A DNA stretch of 64,000 nucleotides from a virus: the IMG/VR virus record IMGVR_UViG_3300021364_000006; one strand, 5' to 3'. The notes under the pieces were generated by a model. That model was not told the origin of the DNA and searched no databases. It worked only from the letters and a program-made list of their open reading frames with translations. This document shows, piece by piece, positions 44,442 through 54,571 of this stretch. The stretch's first letter is position 1. Every line of letters starts with the position of its first letter. The position numbers were made by a program, and so were the translations under genes.

Positions 44442-44513
44442 CAGGCCCACCAGGAATCGAACCTGGGACAACCGCTTAGAAGGCGGGGGTTATATCCGCT
44501 TAACTATGGGCCC
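44442..44513 (-). tRNA. tRNA-Arg(TCT)
   Basis: GGGCCCA acceptor, CCGC-CTTCTAA-GCGG, GGTTCGATTCC. Confidence 0.9.
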
Positions 44514-44701
44514 TTGTCCTCTTTTTTTAGTTTGAAGTAGAGTTTATAGTATCTCTTCTTCATTTCATCGATAGTTTCCATATCTTCTTGGAAACCCATG
44601 TACTTGAGGAGTTGGGATGACCCCTCAAGTTCACTCAGTAATCTTAACACGTTGATTGGATTTCTGTCAAGACCACCGAAAGACCATTCATCTAGGCCCA
44701 T
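44504..44701 (-). CDS. Hypothetical protein
   Basis: FGGLDR..INVLRLLSELEGSSQLLKYMGF; stop codon lies inside tRNA-Arg. Confidence 0.6.
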   Translation of the reverse strand: MGLDEWSFGGLDRNPINVLRLLSELEGSSQLLKYMGFQEDMETIDEMKKRYYKLYFKLKKEDKGP

Positions 44702-45233
44702 ACTAATTTAGCATGATAATCATGGGCATAAATTTCACGATTACCCTTGATGCCCCAACCTAACCAGTAATATGAAGGAACCATGTATTGAGAGATAGTT
44801 TTACCACGACCTTCAAACTCTGGAAGATAACGTTGGAAGACACTTTCGTTAATCATATAACGAACTTGACCATCTAGACTACTTGGATCACATCCAAAGT
44901 TATCACAGAACTTACCAAGATTGTTATAGCGACCTACTGAGGTCCACTGAATAAGACCATAACCACCGCGATGGCAATCCCCGTAAGAAACTCTAGCCCC
45001 TCCCTCGCATATGTTGGGAATAAACTTGCTTTCCTGTTGGATATTTCCCATGATCGTTGCAAGAGCTTTACGATCACTAATTCGGGTGTGTTCTTGGAGT
45101 TCTGCGAGACATACTGTTCATTGGGTGTGCAATCAGGGCACTTCCATTCCTTCTCTACGACTGGAATAGGAACAGCAGCAGGTGCCTCCAATTGTTTAGG
45201 TGTAAATAAAAATGCAAGTGCCTCAAAAATCAT
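44692..45233 (-). pseudogene. Phage tail-lysozyme-like cell wall hydrolase, split by a 1-nt frameshift near 45108
   Basis: N-part ..WKCPDCTPNEQYV; second frame continues LAELQEHTRISDRKALATIMGNIQQES..GGYGLIQWT (catalytic ES and GLxQW). Confidence 0.7.
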
Positions 45234-45663
45234 GGGGGAAATAATCCTTCCTGTAATAACGACCGAGAATATTGCTATTATAATAGGCAGGCGTGCCATC
45301 GTCAAGAGCCTCCGTCAAAACACCGTGTATGAAGAGTTGACGGGTCTCTTCAAAGTTGACTTTTCCCTTAGTAGCGTGGAGGGATAAGATTTCCCTCTTG
45401 AAAAAGGTGTTATTTCCAAGTTCACGACGCTCCCGATTAAGTTCGTCAGAGCTTCCGTAGTATTTTTTCCAGTTGCTTTCACTTTTAACTCGCCTACCTC
45501 CACCTCTAGGTTTTCGTAGTTGGTGAAAGTACTTCCTTCCGATGTAGGCCTTACCACTGCATAAGTTTGTAATCCGATAGACAAAACCGAAATTGTCGTT
45601 AATGTCCTCAGATAGAAAAGGGTGTCCGTTAAAAATCCAGGGATTCTCATAATCTATATCCAC
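45223..45663 (-). CDS. GIY-YIG endonuclease-like protein
   Basis: FGFVYRITN...YIGRK, ESNWKKYYGSS, FKREIL, YYNSNI. Confidence 0.7.
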   Translation of the reverse strand: MDIDYENPWIFNGHPFLSEDINDNFGFVYRITNLCSGKAYIGRKYFHQLRKPRGGGRRVKSESNWKKYYGSSDELNRERRELGNNTFFKREILSLHATKGKVNFEETRQLFIHGVLTEALDDGTPAYYNSNILGRYYRKDYFPHDF

Positions 45664-45697
45664 AGTAAATATTCTTACTGTCGATATTTAGCAAGAC

Positions 45698-45895
45698 TTA
45701 TTTTTTCTTTTTATCTTCTTTTCTAGAATCACCAGTCAACATACTTCTAATTGCTGCAGCACCACCAAACATTGCTGCTTTTCTAAGTAATGCAGGAGCA
45801 AGAGCTTTAAGCATGGCACCACCACCAACAGCAATTGCAGGTGCTATCTCATCAACTCTTTGTGTTTGAGATGTAAATTCCTTAAAGGTTTTCAT
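45698..45895 (-). CDS. Small late protein, putative internal head protein
   Basis: MKTFKEF N-terminus, VDE followed by an amphipathic peptide; CTAAATA upstream. Confidence 0.6.
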   Translation of the reverse strand: MKTFKEFTSQTQRVDEIAPAIAVGGGAMLKALAPALLRKAAMFGGAAAIRSMLTGDSRKEDKKKK

Positions 45896-45917
45896 TACTG
45901 CTGAACTTTTTAGTTAT

Positions 45918-46100
45918 TTAGTCTGGATAACCGTCATCGTCATCAAATAACTCATCGTAATCACCATAATACTGTGGAGGATCGTCAAAATTCTCCCTCT
46001 TATCTACATAAGATTTCGGATCAGAATAAATTTCAGATTCAAGTTCTTCAACAATTTCTTTTAGAGCCATTACTAAGACTTTAAGTTTAGCTTTATTCAT
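45918..46100 (-). CDS. Acidic hypothetical protein
   Basis: KLKVLV..LK.IV.ELESEIYSD..DDDDGYPD. Confidence 0.65.
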   Translation of the reverse strand: MNKAKLKVLVMALKEIVEELESEIYSDPKSYVDKRENFDDPPQYYGDYDELFDDDDGYPD

Positions 46101-46121
46101 CTCTTTATCCCTAACAAGGCA

Positions 46122-46160
46122 ATTGTACATAAAAAAAGGGAACCTGTCAAGGCCCCCTTA
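46122..46160 (-). terminator. Terminator hairpin whose loop is a -35 box
   Basis: AGGGGGCC-TTGACA-GGTTCCCT-TTTTTT; TTGACA-N17-TACAAT. Confidence 0.75.
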
Positions 46161-46179
46161 TAGTTAACTAAGATAAAAT

Positions 46180-47838
46180 TTATTTTGCGGGACGCATTCC
46201 TACGGAACGAGTTACAGTTTTTCTCTTTCCAACATTTGTACCATCATTCATACCTTCTCTACCGTAGGTTCCTACTGGTCCAATTCCACTAACTCTGGTA
46301 TCACCTTTTTTAGTGGGTCCACCAACTCTAATGTATCCACCAGATCCACCGACAAGTTCTTTTTTGCCTGTGACTCTATCTTTGATATCCTTTCCAACTT
46401 TAGAACCAAACTTGTATGCACCTTTAGCTGTATCTTTAACCCCTTTGTAAAGTTTATCAAGAACTTCAGTAAGTTCCTCACTTTCCATGACGCTTTGAAC
46501 AAGTAATTCAATATTCTCGTCATCCATCTCAGAGATGATGTAGTTTGCTTCCTCTAGTGATTCAGCCTCACCGTTGTTAATTAGGAAATCAATGATAGCA
46601 GAACCAATATGCATCTGCTCAAGGATGTTAATGATAAATCCTTCACTCATACCCTCAAGCATAACTAGAGCGCCATCTGCGGACTCTGCAATGCCCTCAG
46701 AGACGAGGTGTTGTACCACTAGTTCAAACTCATTCTCTTCAAATCTTGAACCACGACGCTGGGGTCCTCTGGTTTTGTTCTCTGCTGACTGAGCCATGGA
46801 CTTTGCCTTGGCATCTGCTCTCAACTTAGCAAGTTCTGCTGTACGTGCAGGAGACTTTGTGAGACCTTTCATCAAAGGATTTGGAGTCTTGGGTTTATTA
46901 GACATTGAGTTGGCCTTACCAAACTTCTCAGCTGCCCTTAAATCCTTAGAACTTCCTTCAACTCTACCAGTTGTTGGGTTCTTCTTCCTTAGACGATCAT
47001 ACTCTACGTTGATAGGATTCTTGGATTTAGTGGTTGCTGTAGATGAACCACTGCCGCTACCGCTACCAGAACCACCAGAGCGGCCACCACCTGAAGAACC
47101 TGATCCACCAGAGCGGCCACCACCTGAAGAACCTGATCCACCAGAGCTACCACTGCCACCACCTGAAGAACCACCACCACGTAGTGGTGGATTAGAAGGC
47201 ATTCCTTTACCAGACGTACCAGTACCGAATCCACCGTCTCTACCAGTACCATAGTTTGCCTGGGGATTCTTGGATCCAGGACCAGCTGTTATCTTAGGTT
47301 CAGTTTCAGTTTTCTTAGGTTTAGGAAGAACTGGACCACCACCAGGTGCAGTGTAAGAACCACCAGCACGGACTACAGGATCAGCAGCTGCTGAACTTCC
47401 ACGAGATGGTGCAAGATATTCTCCTACCTTGTTGGCTGCTTTTGTTAAACCACCAAATAGTTGTCCAACACTAATACCACCTTTCGCCCCCGATCCACGA
47501 CGGTTGCGTCTTCCACCTTGCTCATCAAGACGTGCATGGATTGCACCCTCTACATATCTTAGTTTGGTATCAAAAGTACCATCTTCGGTGATATAGGCAG
47601 TTACAGATTCATTCTGAAGTGCTTCTTTAAACTTAGCAAGAATTTTTCCTTCTGAAGATTCAGATACAAACTCCAATACATCGTCCTCAGTGTATCCCTC
47701 GGATACCATTTGAACACCAATTGCATTTACAAGGGTTTTTTCATTCTTTTTGTTCTCATGATAATCAGTAGTTCCTACTTTACCATAAGATTCAACTAGT
47801 CCTTTTAATTGATTAGAGGGCTGCATTTCTTTAGACAA
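46180..47838 (-). CDS. Large Gly/Lys-rich late protein, putative internal head protein
   Basis: TATAAATA at 47854-47861; repeated HL.SEG.AES..A..M..M modules; GS-rich linker. Confidence 0.65.
   Translation of the reverse strand: MSKEMQPSNQLKGLVESYGKVGTTDYHENKKNEKTLVNAIGVQMVSEGYTEDDVLEFVSESSEGKILAKFKEALQNESVTAYITEDGTFDTKLRYVEGAIHARLDEQGGRRNRRGSGAKGGISVGQLFGGLTKAANKVGEYLAPSRGSSAAADPVVRAGGSYTAPGGGPVLPKPKKTETEPKITAGPGSKNPQANYGTGRDGGFGTGTSGKGMPSNPPLRGGGSSGGGSGSSGGSGSSGGGRSGGSGSSGGGRSGGSGSGSGSGSSTATTKSKNPINVEYDRLRKKNPTTGRVEGSSKDLRAAEKFGKANSMSNKPKTPNPLMKGLTKSPARTAELAKLRADAKAKSMAQSAENKTRGPQRRGSRFEENEFELVVQHLVSEGIAESADGALVMLEGMSEGFIINILEQMHIGSAIIDFLINNGEAESLEEANYIISEMDDENIELLVQSVMESEELTEVLDKLYKGVKDTAKGAYKFGSKVGKDIKDRVTGKKELVGGSGGYIRVGGPTKKGDTRVSGIGPVGTYGREGMNDGTNVGKRKTVTRSVGMRPAK
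47072..47172. repeat. 33-bp tandem repeat encoding a GS-rich linker
   Basis: ccaccagagcggccaccacctgaagaacctgat x2 plus a degenerate third copy. Confidence 0.8.
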
Positions 47839-47853
47839 CTTTTTTCCTGACTT

Positions 47854-47888
47854 TATTTATAAAAAAAGAGGAGCACTACTGCTCCTCT
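47854..47888 (-). promoter_or_regulatory. nrdB terminator followed by T4-type late promoter
   Basis: AGAGGAGCA-GTAG-TGCTCCTCT-TTTTTT-ATAAATA. Confidence 0.75.
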
Positions 47889-47954
47889 GCCTTAGATATA
47901 ATGGGAGTCAATGGTTCAGTTTGATCCATCTCTTCCCATATTTTTTTGAAATCG

Positions 47955-49142
47955 TCAAAGTTTGAATCCTGCGAAGGAGTCTTTCTTGACATCTTGTTTA
48001 ATTCCACCGACAACATAACTTTCTACCTCAGTCTCTTGTGGGGCAACTTGGAGTCCTTTAGAAGAAATCCAATGTTCGGTCCAAGGAAGTGGATTATTTT
48101 TCGCAGCAATATCGAAAATTGGCTTGATGCCAATCGCTTTCATGCGACGATTTGCAATCCACTCAACATAGTTCTTGAGAAGTTTGTCATTAAGACCAAT
48201 CATACTACCATCTTTGAACAGATATTCCGCCCAAAGTTTTTCTTGATTCACTGCAGTTTCAAACGTCTTACTCACCCATTGCTCCTCTTCCTTGGCAATC
48301 TGCTTCATATCAGGATCATCACCATCTTTCCACTTATTCAGAATGTTTTGGGTGATGACCAAGTGCTGATTTTCGTCCCTGGCGATAAGAGAAATGATTT
48401 TTGCCGATCCTTCCATAAGCTTAAGTTCGCCAAATGCGAACGAACATGCGAAGGAGACATAGAACCTAATTCCTTCCAGGATGTTGACGTTAGCGACTGC
48501 TCGGTAGAGTTTTCTTTTGAGTTCATAGAGAGTTGAAGCGGCTACAGGAACCTCATCCAAGACATGTTGCCACATATTACCACTGGCATATTCAGCGGCA
48601 TGTGTAATAAAATCATCATAAGATTCAGTGACAGCAGTTGCTCTCTCTAGAATCTTTGGATCTTGGAGTATGGTATCGAAAACCTCTGAAGGATTTGCAT
48701 ACACATTTTTAATGATGTAAGTATAGGAGCGACTATGGATCATTTCCATAAACTCCCAGACCTTCATACAGGCTTCGAGTTCGGGAAGAGAACAGTAGGG
48801 CGCGAACGCCATACCAGGCCCTCTTCCCTGAACAGAGTCTAGCATAACTTGGTACTTCAAGTTAGAAGTAAAGATATGCTTCTGTTCTGGACGTAGGGTT
48901 TGATAATCTGCACGATCCTTTTGGAGGGAAACCTCCTCAGGACGCCAGAAATACCCTAGTTGTTGAGTGGTCAGTTTGTCGAAAACAGGATATTTGTAAG
49001 AGTCATATCTTTGTACCCCCAAAGGAGCTCCAAAAAACATTGGTTGCTTTTTGGTGTCTACTTGATCAGCGTTGAAAACAGTAAATGATTCAACCATTTT
49101 GTTGTTTGGGGTATCGTTTGTTTTAAATCTTACAAGACTCAC
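47955..49142 (-). CDS. nrdB: Ribonucleotide reductase class Ia beta subunit
   Basis: FWRPEEV, LDSVQG, EMIHSRSY, LEGIRFYVSF, RDENQH, VAPQETE. Confidence 0.97.
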   Translation of the reverse strand: MSLVRFKTNDTPNNKMVESFTVFNADQVDTKKQPMFFGAPLGVQRYDSYKYPVFDKLTTQQLGYFWRPEEVSLQKDRADYQTLRPEQKHIFTSNLKYQVMLDSVQGRGPGMAFAPYCSLPELEACMKVWEFMEMIHSRSYTYIIKNVYANPSEVFDTILQDPKILERATAVTESYDDFITHAAEYASGNMWQHVLDEVPVAASTLYELKRKLYRAVANVNILEGIRFYVSFACSFAFGELKLMEGSAKIISLIARDENQHLVITQNILNKWKDGDDPDMKQIAKEEEQWVSKTFETAVNQEKLWAEYLFKDGSMIGLNDKLLKNYVEWIANRRMKAIGIKPIFDIAAKNNPLPWTEHWISSKGLQVAPQETEVESYVVGGIKQDVKKDSFAGFKL

Positions 49143-51411
49143 AGTCTTCCTCCTGTTCTAGTTCTGAGATTAGTGAATTTAATTGATCAATTTTATCATC
49201 AATTTCGTCAGATTTCAAGTCATTTGTATTTTGGTAATAAGACGTTTTCCACCCATACTTATATGTAGTTAGAAAGTCATTTGCCATGACCGATACGGGA
49301 ACTTCATTATCTGGATAGTTCTCTGGGTTGTATGACCAGTTTCCACTGATGGCCTGGTCGAAGAACTTCTGCATGGTAGCAACAATCTTGATATAACCTT
49401 CATTGGATTCCATGTCCCAAAGAAGAGTATAGTTGTTCTTCAGCGATCCGTACCCAGGAACAATCTGCTTAAGAGGCCCTTTCTTTGATTTTTTAACGGA
49501 CAGATACCCTCTAGGTGGTTCGATTCCATTTGTTGCGTTTGACACAACGGAACTGCTCTCCGATGGCATCTGAGCAGACAATGTTGAGTGCCGTAGTCCC
49601 GATTCCAAGATAGATGCTCTAAGAGATTCCCAATCATGCTGATACTCGATAGATGTAATTTCGTCTACGTCTGATTTATAAGTATCAATGGGGAGAATAC
49701 CATCGGCATACTTGGTGCGATCAAAGTAAGTGCATGGTCCCTTCTCCCTTGCAATCTGATTTGATGACTTCAGGAGATAATATTGGAAAGATTCAGATAG
49801 TCCATGAACAGCATCCCATGCCTCTTGAGAGTCGTATTTGAACCCTAGTTTGGCAAGATAGTGAGCAAGACCGATAAAACCTACTCCAAGGGATCTACGT
49901 GCCTTTGTGGCTACTTCTGCAGCAATGATCGGATACTTCTGATAATCAATCAGTTCTTCTAGACCACGGACAGAAAGATCGCAGAGTTCTTCCAGTTCAT
50001 GATCCGAATGAACTTTACCTACATTGACGGCAGACAGAATGCAGAGGGCAATCTCACCTTCACCATCAATGTGTTGAAGAGGTTTCGTTGGAAGCGTGAT
50101 TTCCTGACATAGATTACTCATCTCAACCTTATCTTTGAAGGAAGAGTGAGAGTTACAGTGGTCGATATTCATGAGATACAAACGACCAGTCTCTGCACGT
50201 TCTTTTAGAATATCCAGGATCAGTGTCTGTGCCTTAATAGTCTTTCTTGGAATAGACTCATCTCGTTCATAGCCCACATAGAGATCGTCAAATGAATCAG
50301 TACCAAAAGCGTCATAGAGACCTGGTACGTCATGCGGTGAGAACAGGCTAATTTCTCCATCCGTAATGAAACGTTCGTAGAAAAGTTTTGAAGTTTGGAT
50401 GGAATAGTCAAGTTTTCTTACCCTGTTGTCTTCGGTTCCTTTGTTGTTCTTCAGGACGATGATGTCTTCGATTTCTTGGTGCCAGATTGGGAAGTGTACC
50501 GTAGCTGATCCACCTCGGATGCCATTTTGAGTACAGCATCGGACAGTCGATTCAAACTTTTTGAGAAACGGAACAACACCAGTGTGCTGGACTTCTCCAC
50601 CTCTGATTTTACTGTTGATGCCACGGATTCTGCCCGCGTTGATACCGATTCCCGCCCTTTGTGCAACGTATCTGCCAATAGCCATATCAGAGCTAAAGAT
50701 AGAATCGAGGGTGTCATCAACATCAACAAGAACACAGCTAGCAAATTGTCGAAGTGGAGTTCGCACTCCCGCCATGATAGGTGTGGGAATGTTGAGTTTG
50801 TGCTTGCTGATTGCGTCGTAGTATCTTCTGACATACGATAATCTCTTCTCTTTTGGATACTCTGCAAAGATTGTCATTGCAATGAGTGCGTACATGAACT
50901 GTGGAGTTTCAAATACGCTACCATTGCTTCGATCTTGAACTAGGTATTTATCCACAACTTGCCGAAGGCCAGCATATGTGAATAGAAAATCACGATGGTG
51001 ATCTACCCAGGATTCGATTTTTTTGATTTCACTTTCAGTATAGTTGTCTAAGACAGCAGCATCATATACACCCTGATCAACACACTTTGTAATATGAGCG
51101 TACAGATCTGGAAGATCTCGCATCTTTCCATACACCTGCTTGCGTACAGAGAACAATAGAAGACGAGCAGCAACAAACTGATAGTTTGGATGCTCCAGGT
51201 CGATTAGATCAGAAGCAGAACGAATCAGGATCTCCTGAATTTCTGCCGTAGTAACTCCATCATAAAACTGAATACCAGACTGAATCTCTACTTGAGATGC
51301 AGAAACACCCGCCAAACCCTTACATGCCTCATCAACCATGACATGCATTTTTTCTAGGTTGATGGCTTCAATAGTACCATTCCTCTTCTTAACCTTGATG
51401 CCGTTACTCAT
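49123..51411 (-). CDS. nrdA: Ribonucleotide reductase class Ia alpha subunit
   Basis: ATP cone, PTPIMAG, QFASC, SNLCQEI, MPSESSS, KTSYY, CESCKI. Confidence 0.97.
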   Translation of the reverse strand: MSNGIKVKKRNGTIEAINLEKMHVMVDEACKGLAGVSASQVEIQSGIQFYDGVTTAEIQEILIRSASDLIDLEHPNYQFVAARLLLFSVRKQVYGKMRDLPDLYAHITKCVDQGVYDAAVLDNYTESEIKKIESWVDHHRDFLFTYAGLRQVVDKYLVQDRSNGSVFETPQFMYALIAMTIFAEYPKEKRLSYVRRYYDAISKHKLNIPTPIMAGVRTPLRQFASCVLVDVDDTLDSIFSSDMAIGRYVAQRAGIGINAGRIRGINSKIRGGEVQHTGVVPFLKKFESTVRCCTQNGIRGGSATVHFPIWHQEIEDIIVLKNNKGTEDNRVRKLDYSIQTSKLFYERFITDGEISLFSPHDVPGLYDAFGTDSFDDLYVGYERDESIPRKTIKAQTLILDILKERAETGRLYLMNIDHCNSHSSFKDKVEMSNLCQEITLPTKPLQHIDGEGEIALCILSAVNVGKVHSDHELEELCDLSVRGLEELIDYQKYPIIAAEVATKARRSLGVGFIGLAHYLAKLGFKYDSQEAWDAVHGLSESFQYYLLKSSNQIAREKGPCTYFDRTKYADGILPIDTYKSDVDEITSIEYQHDWESLRASILESGLRHSTLSAQMPSESSSVVSNATNGIEPPRGYLSVKKSKKGPLKQIVPGYGSLKNNYTLLWDMESNEGYIKIVATMQKFFDQAISGNWSYNPENYPDNEVPVSVMANDFLTTYKYGWKTSYYQNTNDLKSDEIDDKIDQLNSLISELEQEEDCESCKI

Positions 51412-52376
51412 ATCTTTTTCCAAGTGTTGAATTTAAGTTTTGCTTCTAAACCAGAGCAGGTGTTTGATTTTACCAGATCTTGAACATCATGTCCAGCAAG
51501 GACCATATCATTTATGTCCTTTTCTTCGATGGAAACTGGCCAAATAACTACCCTTCCACCGTTGTTGATTGTACGCTCGATTCTGGATACAATCTCTCTA
51601 TTGCGTGGTTCGTTGTCATAGATCCAAACAGGATTGCTAATCCCCCAACGACTAACATCAGCGTCAGCTCCACACATAGCAATCGCATTGCGAATAAACG
51701 TGCTGTCGAATGGTCCTTCAGTAATGTAGACTCTAGAGTTTCTTTCGATGTTATCAAGTCCATATATTTTTGGTGCTCCCTCCTCAAGCATGATGGTTAT
51801 GTATTTAACAGATCCAGGACTTAGAGCTCGTCCTTGGAATCCGATGAGATTTTTTTTGTAATAAAGTGGAATGATGATTCTAGACTCTTTACGTAAGTCT
51901 TTGTAATCCACACCTTTGAACGATCGCACAAATTCACCAAAGTCTTCCGCATAATAAAAGTCTTTGGGATTGAGTCTACGGTTGCGTAGATAGGTTGCAG
52001 CACTTTCCACCTGATCACATAAAGGAAGAATGATCTTCTGTGTAAAAGTAGGTTTTTCAAAAACGAATTCAGGTTCATTGGTCGGGAAATTCTTTCCAGT
52101 AAAACCACTCTTGAACTTTTCTAACGTATACTGCTTATGAAGTTGTGGATCTTGATCCTTAAGAAAATTATTGAATGACAAACTAGAACCACAGTTGTGG
52201 CACTTGAAGTTTGTATTATTCTTCATAGCATAGATGTATGCTCTAGCCTTGTTCTTATTCTTCTTCGAGTCTCCACAAATGGGACAACGAAAATTATATA
52301 GGTTTGGTTTGACTCTCTTAAATTTAGATAGTCTTGTGGAAATCAGACCAATGAATTTGGTGTCGATCAGATCCAT
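51408..52376 (-). CDS. gp61: DNA primase gp61
   Basis: FRCPICGDS, CHNC, GFQGR, TEGPFDS, YDNEPRN, KDINDM. Confidence 0.95.
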   Translation of the reverse strand: MDLIDTKFIGLISTRLSKFKRVKPNLYNFRCPICGDSKKNKNKARAYIYAMKNNTNFKCHNCGSSLSFNNFLKDQDPQLHKQYTLEKFKSGFTGKNFPTNEPEFVFEKPTFTQKIILPLCDQVESAATYLRNRRLNPKDFYYAEDFGEFVRSFKGVDYKDLRKESRIIIPLYYKKNLIGFQGRALSPGSVKYITIMLEEGAPKIYGLDNIERNSRVYITEGPFDSTFIRNAIAMCGADADVSRWGISNPVWIYDNEPRNREIVSRIERTINNGGRVVIWPVSIEEKDINDMVLAGHDVQDLVKSNTCSGLEAKLKFNTWKKI

Positions 52377-52794
52377 TGGCAACTAAAGCGTCTTCGGACA
52401 TCATACTCGCTTTTTTTACAGGTGTCAATGATCTATAGATTGGAAATGCGATCTGTGCCACCAGTCCCAATGTTGCCAAAACAGCACCTGCACCAATCAC
52501 AAATCTCTGATTGGCATCTACTTTCTTTTGAATACGATCAATTCTTTCATGAAGGATTCTATGATTCTTCTCTTCCTGATCCTTCATCTCTTCGATCATT
52601 TTAATGATTAATTGATTGGATTTATCACCCTCATCCAATCTACTTTCATGCCTTTCCAAAACTACAGCCACTCTATTACTATTTTCAGAAATAGTAGTTA
52701 CGGCACGTTCTAATTTATCCAACATTTCCTTGGACAAATCCTCGTAAATGTCTAATTTTGATTCAAGAACCTGAAGTTTTCCTAGACCGAACAT
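52324..52794 (-). CDS. Coiled-coil protein with C-terminal TM helix
   Basis: LESKLDIYEDLSKEMLDKLE; TM FVIGAGAVLATLGLVA. Confidence 0.65.
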   Translation of the reverse strand: MFGLGKLQVLESKLDIYEDLSKEMLDKLERAVTTISENSNRVAVVLERHESRLDEGDKSNQLIIKMIEEMKDQEEKNHRILHERIDRIQKKVDANQRFVIGAGAVLATLGLVAQIAFPIYRSLTPVKKASMMSEDALVANGSDRHQIHWSDFHKTI

Positions 52795-53005
52795 CTTTTT
52801 TTAGCGCCCTAGTAGCGTCTTGATAAAATTTACTTAGTCTCTTATATTTTTTCTTTCTACCATCAAATCCAAGAACAGGATCATAACCAGCAGTGGGAGA
52901 TCCACTATCAGTTTTGTCACTGCCTTTATAACCAGCTCCACCACCAGCGCCGAGAGACATCTCTTCGCGAACACTTTGAATGAATTTATCTACATATTTA
53001 TTCAT
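52763..53005 (-). CDS. Hypothetical protein
   Basis: VREEM..G-rich..P.AGYDPVL. Confidence 0.6.
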   Translation of the reverse strand: MNKYVDKFIQSVREEMSLGAGGGAGYKGSDKTDSGSPTAGYDPVLGFDGRKKKYKRLSKFYQDATRALKKDVRSRKTSGS

Positions 53006-53621
53006 AATCGTCCTCGTCCTCTGGTAGATAATTAATCATATTTGGATAATCAGAGTAATAATCTTTTATTTCATCCAAATGAAAAACATAAAATTTGAAT
53101 GATGTATATCCTTCGGCAATCATTTTTTGAATTCTATGTTTGCCATCCATACTACGGTATCTTCTACCAGAGTATGTTGTGGATCCATCAAGTAAGAGCC
53201 CTGGTCGATTTAAATCAGCACCATGAAATCTCTTACCTTCACAACAAATACAATTTTCACCAGTCAATCTATCTGGGAGATCAAATCCCATCCACTGAAT
53301 ATTATTTAGTTCGACTTCCTTTATTCTGTCCTCAGTCAATAGTGGTGTAAGTCTCCTCATTCTTAGACCACAATATTTTTCTGGAAGTTCTGGAATGGTC
53401 CAATCTCCATAAAATTCTTCCCAATGACACATATCAAAATCATCTAAAGAATTTTCATCGTACACAAAAAATTGACTCTTATCATATAAAGTATTCTCAT
53501 ACTTCAATACATAATGATTTTTTAATTCTCTATGCATCTCATACAGTTCACCAGGAATTAAATCTGGATAAACATGAGGCATCCCAACATAACAAAGTTT
53601 TTTTGTTGTCACATTTTTCAT
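52998..53621 (-). CDS. Hypothetical protein with ParB/Srx-like motif
   Basis: YRSMDGKHRIQK. Confidence 0.5.
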   Translation of the reverse strand: MKNVTTKKLCYVGMPHVYPDLIPGELYEMHRELKNHYVLKYENTLYDKSQFFVYDENSLDDFDMCHWEEFYGDWTIPELPEKYCGLRMRRLTPLLTEDRIKEVELNNIQWMGFDLPDRLTGENCICCEGKRFHGADLNRPGLLLDGSTTYSGRRYRSMDGKHRIQKMIAEGYTSFKFYVFHLDEIKDYYSDYPNMINYLPEDEDDYE

Positions 53622-53992
53622 TATACTTGATTCAATAATTCAAGACAAATTTCATCGATCTCGATATCCGTCAAAGTTGACCTTGGATAATCGTGAAATC
53701 GATTTAGAAAGACTAAGAATGTTTTGGCACAAGGCCACAATTCCTGTTCCAACTTATAGAACAACAGAGGAACTGTTGCTTCGCCAAATACGTTAAAAAG
53801 AATTATGAGATGATTTAGTATGAGATTAGTTTTTAATATACCAGTAGACTCGTATCTCTTAAAAAGTCTTTTGACATATTTAAAACGCTTTAAATCGTCA
53901 TAAAAATCGTCCTCAGTTACTGCCTGAGGACTGTCATAATATTTAATAGCGAAGAGTAGATAATTTTTATCATTCAACTCAGAAAAATTCAT
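53621..53992 (-). CDS. Conserved T4-like hypothetical protein
   Basis: LFAIKYY.SP, F.DDLKRFKYVKRL, LILNHLI.LFNVFG. Confidence 0.75.
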   Translation of the reverse strand: MNFSELNDKNYLLFAIKYYDSPQAVTEDDFYDDLKRFKYVKRLFKRYESTGILKTNLILNHLIILFNVFGEATVPLLFYKLEQELWPCAKTFLVFLNRFHDYPRSTLTDIEIDEICLELLNQV

Positions 53993-53995
53993 TTA

Positions 53996-54571
53996 TCATG
54001 TAATGGGATATGCTCTGTTACCTGTGGTGATTCCAGACATTGCGACTAGAGTTTCTGTCTTAATGCGAAGTTCGCCGTGGTTATCGGTATAGGTGGTGAC
54101 TCCTACCCATCCTCCATGCGAAACGGCATCAAGATAATCGCTTCTACCCCCAGGCTCTCCAAGAATTCCCTCAGTGACAGCAAAGATTTTGGAATTGTAT
54201 CCACGCTGATCATCAGCGGAGGAAGGTGCATATGCGGGATCTTCGTCAACACTCACAGGCTGAGTGCTGAACTTCATGTATCTAGTTGTGTAATCGTTGT
54301 CAGCACCAAAGTCTCTGTCATCTACGGCAGAAGTTGTGATGCTCATGCTGGTGCTGCTGGCGATTGAAGTGATAACTCCAAAACCAGAGGTTTGACCAGC
54401 ACCTAGTAGGATAGTGTTGCCAACCTCAAGGTTGGTGAAAGTACAAACACCAATGCCACCAGTTACAGCACCAGCGGAAGTGACGGTCACAATACCGAGA
54501 CCGCTTCCTACGTTGGCAAGTGCATTAATTGAACTTACACCGATGTTGTCGTTATTACTCCAAAGAGCCAT
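53996..54571 (-). CDS. Putative virion structural protein
   Basis: MALW start, HGGWVGVTTY.D.HG.LR.K.ETLVAMSGI; TATAAATA at 54606-54613. Confidence 0.65.
   Translation of the reverse strand: MALWSNNDNIGVSSINALANVGSGLGIVTVTSAGAVTGGIGVCTFTNLEVGNTILLGAGQTSGFGVITSIASSTSMSITTSAVDDRDFGADNDYTTRYMKFSTQPVSVDEDPAYAPSSADDQRGYNSKIFAVTEGILGEPGGRSDYLDAVSHGGWVGVTTYTDNHGELRIKTETLVAMSGITTGNRAYPIT

Noticed and set aside
44209-44471. ORFs over the tRNA cluster
   Set aside because: Spurious frames across tRNA genes
46796-47254. Pro-rich plus-strand ORF
   Set aside because: Antisense shadow of Gly/Ser codons in the 46180-47838 gene
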